Shown here in pieces: positions 56,942-64,000 of a stretch of 64,000 nucleotides of DNA (positions are counted from its first letter, which is position 1; each line of letters begins with the position of its first letter). Made by a program: the position numbers and the translations under genes. Under the pieces are notes generated by a model. The model saw nothing but the letters and a program-made list of their open reading frames with translations, ran no database searches and was not told the DNA's origin. Source of the stretch: Candidatus Bipolaricaulota bacterium. Lineage in GTDB: Bacteria; Bipolaricaulota; Bipolaricaulia; UBA7950; UBA9294. The stretch is from positions 24,016 through 88,015 of the forward strand of contig JBFMGK010000027.1 of assembly GCA_040752575.1 (NCBI GenBank), given 5' to 3'.

Positions 56942-58260
56942 GCCTCGAGATGCAAGGGCTGCGTGCGCGCACTGCTCTCGTCCTCGGCTACGGCGTGACC
57001 GGTCGAGCCGTGGCGCGCTTTCTCGTGGCGCGTGGAGTCGCCGTGCGGATCAGCGATCGTCGCCCGCTTCCGGTGGACGTGGACGAGTGGCTTTGTCAGC
57101 ACGCGCAGGCCTTCGAAGGAGGCGGGCACAGCGCGCAGTTCCTCGAGGGTGTGGACGTCGTCATCCCGAGCCCTGGCGTGGCCGCGGGCGAGCCGATTCT
57201 CGTCGAGGCGAGGCGGCGTGGAGTTCCCGTGGCCTCGGAGCTGGACGTCGCGCAGAGCGTAACGAAGACGCCGGTCCTTGCGGTCACTGGGACGAACGGC
57301 AAGAGCACGACGGTCAGCCTCATCGGTTCTCTGCTCGAACTTGCGGGCCTCAAGGCGTGGGTCGGCGGCAACCTCGGAACGCCGTTTGTCTCCTACGCAG
57401 ACCGAGCCGAGTCTGCGAACGTCGCCGTCGTGGAGGCGAGCAGCTTCCAACTTGAGCAGAGTTCGTGGTTCCGGCCGAGCGTCGCCGTGCTCCTCAACCT
57501 CGAACCGAACCATCTGGAGCGGCACGGGACCTTCGAGGCGTACCAAGCCGCGAAGCTCAGAGTCTTCGCGCGCCAGAAGGAGTCGGACGCCGCGGTTCTG
57601 CCGCGGCGCCTGGCCGACACGGTCGACCACGGGCGCGGACGGCTCGTTGTCTACGATGAGCCGATCCCGCCACTTCCGCGCGGCAGCCAGGCGCTGGGGG
57701 CGGTGTGGCGGCTAGACCTTGCGGCCGCGATCTGCGCCTGCCGCGAGCTCGTGCCAGGGTTCGATGCGACCACGCTCGACGTCGAGCAACTTGAGTCCGC
57801 GTTGCGCCTTCCGCACCGGCAAAGCCTCGTCGGAACTGCAGGGGGCGTACGGTTCGTCGACGATTCCAAGGCGACGAGTGCCGCCGCTACGCTGGCTGCG
57901 CTGACATCGGTCCCCGGCCCTCATGTCCTCCTGCTCGGCGGCCGATCGAAGCGCGGCGGATACGAGGCGCTGGCCGCAGCCCTGGCCGCGTCGCCTCCTC
58001 GGGCGATTCTCCTCTACGGCGAGGCCCGCGAGGAGTTGGCCGCTGCGTTGTCCAAGGTCGCTGTGCCCTACCGCTTCGCCGCGGACCTCGACGAGGCGTT
58101 CAGGGCCGCCGTCGCTGCGGCGAGGCCGGGCGACGTTGTGCTGCTCTCTCCGGCCTGTTCGAGCTTCGACGCCTTCCGCAGCTATGAAGAACGGGGGCAG
58201 GCGTTTGTCGCCGCCGCCCGCCGGCTCTCCGGTTTCTCGGAGTCTGCCAAGGACGCCTAG
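56938..58260 (+). CDS. murD: UDP-MurNAc-L-Ala:D-Glu ligase
   Basis: TGTNGKSTT, EASSFQL, DDSKAT, LLSPACSSFD. Confidence 0.95.
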   Translation: MSLEMQGLRARTALVLGYGVTGRAVARFLVARGVAVRISDRRPLPVDVDEWLCQHAQAFEGGGHSAQFLEGVDVVIPSPGVAAGEPILVEARRRGVPVASELDVAQSVTKTPVLAVTGTNGKSTTVSLIGSLLELAGLKAWVGGNLGTPFVSYADRAESANVAVVEASSFQLEQSSWFRPSVAVLLNLEPNHLERHGTFEAYQAAKLRVFARQKESDAAVLPRRLADTVDHGRGRLVVYDEPIPPLPRGSQALGAVWRLDLAAAICACRELVPGFDATTLDVEQLESALRLPHRQSLVGTAGGVRFVDDSKATSAAATLAALTSVPGPHVLLLGGRSKRGGYEALAAALAASPPRAILLYGEAREELAAALSKVAVPYRFAADLDEAFRAAVAAARPGDVVLLSPACSSFDAFRSYEERGQAFVAAARRLSGFSESAKDA

Positions 58261-58398
58261 TCCTTTCGCAGCGGACAGTCGTCCGCCCCCGAGGGCGCAA
58301 AGCCTCTCTTCCATAAGCCCCCCCTTCCTTCCGCGTCGCGGACACCTGGCGTATCGATGTCTCGTGAGCGGGCGAGAGACGGCGAAGGAGGGCGGGCG

Positions 58399-59484
58399 AT
58401 GATCGGGCGCGCGGATCGGGCGACGATCTTGACGACCTCGTTCCTCCTCTTGGCCGGCCTGATCGCGTTGTACAGCGCGAGTGCTCCGTTCTCGCTACGA
58501 CACTTCGGCAGCGACCTGCACATGCTCGTCAGGCAGTTGGCGGCCGCCGGTGCGGGGTGCGTCGCTCTGTTCGTCTTCGCACGCCTCGACTACCACCTGC
58601 TTCTGCAGCTCAACGAGGTGATTCTCTTCGGCGCAACGGCCCTCAGTTGCGTGACGCTTCTTCCACTTCCGATATGCGTCGGCGGTTGTTGGCTCTCGTT
58701 CGGCGCCTTCGACCTGCAGCCGACCGAGTTCGTGAAGCTTGCCCTGATCCTTTACCTGTCGGCGTCGATTGCCCGTCGCGGAGGGCGCATGGCGAGGTTC
58801 GGCGAGGGAGTCGCGCCGTATCTGTTGATTCTCGGCGTGTTGGGTGCGATCACCATGAGCCAACCGGACCTCGGGATGCTCCTCGTCTACGCGGGGATCA
58901 CCCTGACCATGCTCTTTCTGGGCGGCGCCAGTCTGCGCCACCTCGCGGCGATCGGGCTGGCCTCGTTGCCGCTCGTCTACGTGGCAGTGCGCATCGCTCC
59001 GTATCGCTTCGCTCGCTTGCTGTCGTTCCTCAACCCTACGGCGTACAGCACGTCGTCGGGATACCAGGTTCTGCAGTCCCTGGTCGCTGTCGGGTCGGGA
59101 GGGCTCCTCGGTCGGGGGCTCGGCGCGTCGCGCGCCAAGCTGTTCTACCTTCCGCAGGCGCACAACGACTTCATCCTGTCCATCGTGGGAGAGGAGCTGG
59201 GTCTCCTCGGGACGGTCGCCGCGCTGTCGCTGCTCGGATTGCTCGTCTGGCGGGCGTTCGTCATTGCCGAGGCGGCGCGGGACGCGGAGGGACGGCTCAT
59301 TGCCTACGGGATCGGGGTTTCCATCGGTCTGCAGACCCTGCTCAACGCAGGGGTGATTCTCGGAATCCTTCCGGTCACCGGGCTCACGCTGCCGTTCTTC
59401 AGCAACGGGGGGACGTCCCTCCTGTTGACCCTCGCGATGGTGGGCGTCCTGCTCAACGTGTCGCGGCAAGGAGGCACGCGGTGA
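58399..59484 (+). CDS. ftsW: cell division peptidoglycan polymerase FtsW
   Basis: QPTEFVK, QPDLG, LPQAHNDFI, TGLTLPF.S.GGTS. Confidence 0.93.
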   Translation: MIGRADRATILTTSFLLLAGLIALYSASAPFSLRHFGSDLHMLVRQLAAAGAGCVALFVFARLDYHLLLQLNEVILFGATALSCVTLLPLPICVGGCWLSFGAFDLQPTEFVKLALILYLSASIARRGGRMARFGEGVAPYLLILGVLGAITMSQPDLGMLLVYAGITLTMLFLGGASLRHLAAIGLASLPLVYVAVRIAPYRFARLLSFLNPTAYSTSSGYQVLQSLVAVGSGGLLGRGLGASRAKLFYLPQAHNDFILSIVGEELGLLGTVAALSLLGLLVWRAFVIAEAARDAEGRLIAYGIGVSIGLQTLLNAGVILGILPVTGLTLPFFSNGGTSLLLTLAMVGVLLNVSRQGGTR

Positions 59485-60608
59485 GGGTCATGGTGGCGGG
59501 AGGGGGAACCGGGGGACACGTCTACCCCGCGCTGGCGATCCTCGACGAGCTACGCCAGGCGGACTCCGCACTGCATGCCGCGTACGTGGGGACGCGTTCG
59601 GGACTTGAGGCTAAGGTTCTCGCCGGCGTGAGGAACGTGCGCTTCTTCCCGCTCGCGGTTCGAGGTCGCACGCGTCGCGGCTTGCTTGGCGACGTCTGGA
59701 CCGCGACTCGACTCGTGGTCGGCCTGATGCAGGCCGCGTGGGCACTGCTGACCTTTCGGCCGGACGTCGTGATCGGAGTGGGCGGCTACAGCTCGTTGGC
59801 TCCGGTCTTTCTCGCGGCCCTCGCCGGCCGCCTCGGGCGCGTTCGGACGGCCATCCATGAGCAGAATGCCAAGCCGGGTCTTGCCAATCGATGGTTGGCG
59901 CGATGGGTCGACGTCGCGTTCGTTGCCTACTCGGAGGCTGCCACAGCCCTCCCGGGGGCGCGAAGGGTGATCGTTACCGGGACGCCCATCCGGAAGGAGT
60001 TCCACGCCACACCTCGGCGACGAGAGATGTACGAAGCGTTCGGCCTCGATCCGCGGCGGCAGACCGTCCTTGTCGTCGGGGGATCGCTCGGTTCGCAGGA
60101 ACTCGTAGGCCAGGTCATCTCGGGCGTCGACTCTCTCATCGCGCGCGGCGACGTCCAGGTGTTGGTGTCGGCAGGAACCGCGACGGCGGCCGACGCGGCG
60201 CGGACTGCACTTGCCGAACGCGGCGTGACCAACGTCGTGGTTGTGCCGTTCATCGAACGCATGGCCGAGGCGCTGGCGATGGCCGATCTGGTGGTGTCGC
60301 GAGCCGGAGCCACGACGCTTGCCGAGATCACGAGCTGCGGCAAGGCGTCTGTCGTCGTCCCCTGGCGAGGGGCGGCCGACGACCATCAGACCGAGAACGC
60401 ACGAGCGCTCGAACGCGCTCGCGCCTGTCGAGTTGCGACGGACGCGATGCTCGAACGGGGCGAACTCGTGAGCTTCGCCTTGGGGCTCATGGATGATCGC
60501 GAGGCTCTTGCAGACCTTACCCAACACTCGCGCCTTGCAGGGCGCGCCGACGCGGGGCGGCGGATCCGCTTCGAGATTGAGTCGTTGCTGAAGGGGGTTC
60601 GTGCGTAA
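59481..60608 (+). CDS. murG: lipid I N-acetylglucosaminyltransferase
   Basis: GGGTGGHVYP, HEQN, GGSLG, SRAGATT. Confidence 0.96.
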   Translation: MRVMVAGGGTGGHVYPALAILDELRQADSALHAAYVGTRSGLEAKVLAGVRNVRFFPLAVRGRTRRGLLGDVWTATRLVVGLMQAAWALLTFRPDVVIGVGGYSSLAPVFLAALAGRLGRVRTAIHEQNAKPGLANRWLARWVDVAFVAYSEAATALPGARRVIVTGTPIRKEFHATPRRREMYEAFGLDPRRQTVLVVGGSLGSQELVGQVISGVDSLIARGDVQVLVSAGTATAADAARTALAERGVTNVVVVPFIERMAEALAMADLVVSRAGATTLAEITSCGKASVVVPWRGAADDHQTENARALERARACRVATDAMLERGELVSFALGLMDDREALADLTQHSRLAGRADAGRRIRFEIESLLKGVRA

Positions 60609-61984
60609 TGGCACTCGGGCGGCGCGTGCACTTCATCGGCATTGGCGGCTCGGGCATGAGCGGATTGGCGTCGCTTCTTCTCGCTCAAGGTGCGGAGGTT
60701 AGCGGCTCCGATCTCCAGCAGAACGCAGAGACGGAGAGACTGCGCTCCTTTGGCGCCGTCGTGCGACGGGGCCACGCCGCGGCGTGGTTACCCGAGGACG
60801 TTGACACCGTCGTGGTGTCGTCGGCCATACCCGGTGACAACGTGGAGGTGCAGGCGGCCTTCGAGCGCCGGACTCCTATCCTGCGAAGGCTTCATGCGCT
60901 TGGGGCCGTCATGGACGGTTACGAGAGCGTTGGCGTTGCCGGAACCCACGGCAAAAGCACAACGACGGCGATGACTGCGACGCTGTTCCGCGAACTGGGA
61001 ATGGACCCAAGTTTCCTTGTAGGAGCGCACTGCCCGAACCTTGGCGGCAATGCACACCTTGGCGGCGGTGCGTGGTTCGTGGCCGAGATCGACGAGAGCG
61101 ACGGGCTGTTCACGTCCTTGCGCCCGACGATCGGCGTGCTCACGAACGTCGGACGGGATCATCTGCAGACCTATCGGAGCGTCGAGGCGATGGAGGACGC
61201 CTTCCTCAGGTACATCCATGGGGTCCAGAAGGCCGTCCTGTCGATCGACGACCCGAGGGTTCGGGCGATCGCTGGAGACGTCCGCAACGCGCTGACGGTC
61301 GGTCTTGAGCCGGATGCGGCGCTGCGCGCCGAACGTCTTCTGCAGGATCGTTTCCACACGTCGTTCGACCTCCGTCTGCAAGGTGACGTGCTCGGCCGTT
61401 ATGAGATCGCTGCTCCCGGGGTTCACAACGTGCGCAATGCGCTGTGCGCTCTGGGAGCCGTGATCCAGGCGGGCGCCGATCCGAAGAGGGCTGCGGCGTC
61501 GCTTCCCGCCCTCGCCCTTCCGCACCGGCGCTTCGAGGTCCTCGAGGAGAACGGCGTGACGGTTGTCGATGACTTCGCCCACACGCCGGAGGAGGTTGAA
61601 GCGACGCTGCGTGCGATTCGCGCCGGATGGGCCGGGCGCCGGATCGTGGCGATCTTCCAGCCGCACCGCTACACGCGGACACGGATCCTCGGTCCAGCCT
61701 TCGGGCGATCGTTTGCCGATGCCGACGTGGTCGTCGTGACCGACATCTATTCCGCCTCCGAAGCTCCTCTTCAGAACGTCACGCAGGAAGGCATTGTGGA
61801 TTCGATCACGGCGCAGGCCGGCGTCTCGGCCTACTCGATCCCCCACAAGAGGGATGTGACAGAGTTTCTCAAGGGGAATATTCGACGCGGGGACTTCATC
61901 CTGAGCATTGGAGCGGGCGACATCTGGACGGTGACGGAAGACCTGGCACAGTTCCTGAAAGAAGGGAGCTTCTGCGTGGCATGA
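60608..61984 (+). CDS. murC: UDP-MurNAc:L-Ala ligase
   Basis: HFIGIGGSGMS, AGTHGKSTTT, DDFAH, FQPHRYTR. Confidence 0.96.
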   Translation: MALGRRVHFIGIGGSGMSGLASLLLAQGAEVSGSDLQQNAETERLRSFGAVVRRGHAAAWLPEDVDTVVVSSAIPGDNVEVQAAFERRTPILRRLHALGAVMDGYESVGVAGTHGKSTTTAMTATLFRELGMDPSFLVGAHCPNLGGNAHLGGGAWFVAEIDESDGLFTSLRPTIGVLTNVGRDHLQTYRSVEAMEDAFLRYIHGVQKAVLSIDDPRVRAIAGDVRNALTVGLEPDAALRAERLLQDRFHTSFDLRLQGDVLGRYEIAAPGVHNVRNALCALGAVIQAGADPKRAAASLPALALPHRRFEVLEENGVTVVDDFAHTPEEVEATLRAIRAGWAGRRIVAIFQPHRYTRTRILGPAFGRSFADADVVVVTDIYSASEAPLQNVTQEGIVDSITAQAGVSAYSIPHKRDVTEFLKGNIRRGDFILSIGAGDIWTVTEDLAQFLKEGSFCVA

Positions 61985-62868
61985 ATCGCGCGTCCGTCCT
62001 CTACGTTGCCGAGCACAAACCGGATGACTGTCGGCGTGGCGAGCTTCTATCGCGCCACACGACCTTCCGCGTCGGCGGTCGGGCCGACATCTTCCACGCT
62101 CCTGGGTCCATCGAGGGACTTGTGGGGGCCGTCGAACTCTGTCGCCACTTAGGTCTTCGCTCTCTCGTATTGGGAGGCGGGTCGAATCTGCTGTTCTCGG
62201 ATCGGGGATTCCGGGGCGTCATCCTCTCGACCCGGAACCTGGATGCGATGACGGAGACGTCTAACGGATGGAGAGTTGAGGCTGGAACTCCGCTGTCGCG
62301 GGTGGTCTCGGTCGCGGAAGCGCGGGGCACCCACGCGCTGTCGTTTCTCGTGGGGATTCCGGGTACCGTAGGGGGAGCCGCCGTCATGAACGCCGGGATT
62401 CGCGGGACAAGCATTGCGAGCGTTCTAGAGCGCGTGGAGATCCTGGATCGTACGGGAGGCGTACGTACCCTCACGTCAGCGGAGTGCGGATTCCGCTATC
62501 GCGGCAGCCGGATGCTGGAGAAAGGGGAGACGGTTCTCGCCGTGCATGTCCGCGCAGACGGCCCCGCGTTCGACGGGCGGGCGATGCTCGCTCGGAAGCA
62601 GGCAACGCAGCCCCTCTCCCTGCCGAGTGCCGGATGCGTGTTCAAGAACCCGGAGGGGCATGCTGCCGGAGCGCTGATTGAGAACAGCGGGTTAAAGGGA
62701 TACCGAGTAGGGGACGCGATGATATCCGAGAAACACGCGAACTTCATAGTGAACCTGGGTGGGGCGTCGAGCGCTGAGATCTGCAAGCTAATTGACATTG
62801 TGCGTCAAAAGGTGTATAACACATTCCACGTCAGGCTCGACCTTGAGATAGGGGTCATCGACGGGTGA
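61981..62868 (+). CDS. murB: UDP-N-acetylenolpyruvoylglucosamine reductase
   Basis: GGGSN, GIPGTVGGA..MNAG, SAGCVFKNP, HANFIVN. Confidence 0.96.
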   Translation: MNRASVLYVAEHKPDDCRRGELLSRHTTFRVGGRADIFHAPGSIEGLVGAVELCRHLGLRSLVLGGGSNLLFSDRGFRGVILSTRNLDAMTETSNGWRVEAGTPLSRVVSVAEARGTHALSFLVGIPGTVGGAAVMNAGIRGTSIASVLERVEILDRTGGVRTLTSAECGFRYRGSRMLEKGETVLAVHVRADGPAFDGRAMLARKQATQPLSLPSAGCVFKNPEGHAAGALIENSGLKGYRVGDAMISEKHANFIVNLGGASSAEICKLIDIVRQKVYNTFHVRLDLEIGVIDG

Positions 62869-63596
62869 AGGAGGGGAAAAGCAGGGTCAAAGCTGCTTTC
62901 TGGCTGCTCGGCGTGGGGGGGGTTCTTATCACTGCTGCCATCATCGCCCTATACACACCATGGTTGCCCATCTTTGATCTACGCCAGGTGTCCATCTCGG
63001 GAAATCGCGAGATCCCTACGCTCGACATTGCCAGAGCCTCTCAGCTTCGGAGGGGTGTTCCCGTTGCCGGGGTCGCACTCTCCGCAGTCCGCGCGAGGAT
63101 CGAATCGCTTCCGTGGGTTCAACGTGCGCGCGTGCAGCGTGCATTTCCACACCAGATAGCGATCCACATCAAAGAGCGCGCGGCGATTGCCAAGATTACG
63201 CAGACAAGTGGGGCTTGCTTGTTGGTCGGAGAAGGTGGGGTCATTGTGGCGACGGAATGCGCGGGACGCGATGTGCCCGCGGTCCGGGGCGTGGAGGTTT
63301 CGAGCGGCGAGGCGGGGGCTAGGGTGACAACCCCCGGAGCTGCCGCTTTCCTCGATGCTCTGAGCGCTGCGCAGCTTCCGGGGCTGGTCGTCAGTCGTGT
63401 GGATCTCCTCGGGGACCTGTCCGTCGAGGTTCACGCGTCCTCAGGGTGCGTCGTTCGCTTCGGCCCGCTGCGTGAAGCGGCGGACAGGGTACGGTATCTT
63501 GAGGCCGTATGCCTCGCCGTGGACGCGGACGAGTACCTGACCATCGACCTCCGGTTCGGGGGGGAGGCGACGCTGGTGCCTCGGGTAAGGCGGTGA
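62865..63596 (+). CDS. ftsQ: cell division protein FtsQ/DivIB
   Basis: TM anchor, POTRA segment LPWV..A.V.R.FP..I.I.I.ER, C-terminal IDLRF. Confidence 0.85.
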   Translation: MKEGKSRVKAAFWLLGVGGVLITAAIIALYTPWLPIFDLRQVSISGNREIPTLDIARASQLRRGVPVAGVALSAVRARIESLPWVQRARVQRAFPHQIAIHIKERAAIAKITQTSGACLLVGEGGVIVATECAGRDVPAVRGVEVSSGEAGARVTTPGAAAFLDALSAAQLPGLVVSRVDLLGDLSVEVHASSGCVVRFGPLREAADRVRYLEAVCLAVDADEYLTIDLRFGGEATLVPRVRR

Positions 63597-63599
63597 GGG

Positions 63600-64000
63600 A
63601 TGAGGAAAGAGCGAGTCGTCGTCGGGCTTGACGTCGGGACCACGAAAGTCGTCGCGATCGTGGGGAACCTCGTCAACGGGACGATTGAAGTCATCGGGAT
63701 GGGTAAGGCCGAGTCCCACGGACTCGAGAAAGGTGTCGTCGTCGACATCGGACGGACCATCACGTCGATTCGGAAGGCCGTCGAAGAGGCCGAGAACATG
63801 GCCGACGTGAAGATCGACTCGGTCTACGTGGGCATCGCCGGCAAGCACATCACATCGATCAACAACAGCGGCACGGTGTCCATCAATCGGCCGGATCGGA
63901 TCATCACCGAGGACGACGTGCGCCGCGTCGTGGATACGGCGCAGGCGATCCAAGTGCCGCCCGAGAGCGAGATGATCCACGTCATTCCGCGGCAGTACAT
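63600..64000 (+). CDS. ftsA: cell division protein FtsA, truncated by window edge
   Basis: Own translation: MRKERVVVGLDVGTTKVVAIVG...GLEKGVVVDI...EEAENMA...GIAGKHI. Confidence 0.95.
   Translation, partial: MRKERVVVGLDVGTTKVVAIVGNLVNGTIEVIGMGKAESHGLEKGVVVDIGRTITSIRKAVEEAENMADVKIDSVYVGIAGKHITSINNSGTVSINRPDRIITEDDVRRVVDTAQAIQVPPESEMIHVIPRQY

Overview
High-GC bacterial chromosome segment in two parts. The right part (about 44.4-64 kb) is housekeeping: coaD, an M16 peptidase, pnp with an unusual second S1 domain, rpsO, an MtaD-like deaminase, yraN, a comM/yifB-like ATPase, bamA-ompH-fabZ with no lpx genes, a formiminotransferase, and murD-ftsW-murG-murC-murB-ftsQ-ftsA. This suggests a deep-branching diderm, possibly Ca. 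Bipolaricaulota (inference only). The left part (1-44 kb) is accessory DNA of small enzyme, transporter and secreted-protein genes. The most striking structure is at about 7.6-28 kb, where 1-4-gene cargo blocks alternate with spacers built from short motifs ending in TG(T/A)CCCC: class A (TACTRTGTCCCCGGAATTC), class B (CAAGnnCTGACCCC) and a bulged hairpin (GGGGACA...TGTCCCC) with compensatory base changes. Two decayed RAYT-like Y1/HUH transposase genes are each bracketed by inverted class B motifs. Several cargo genes end a few bases from a motif, and an LRR gene fragment is cut exactly at one. I read this as a candidate integron-like gene-cassette array driven by an HUH transposase (inference). 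No rRNA, tRNA, CRISPR array or integron integrase was seen. All product calls come from motif recognition by eye, not database searches.
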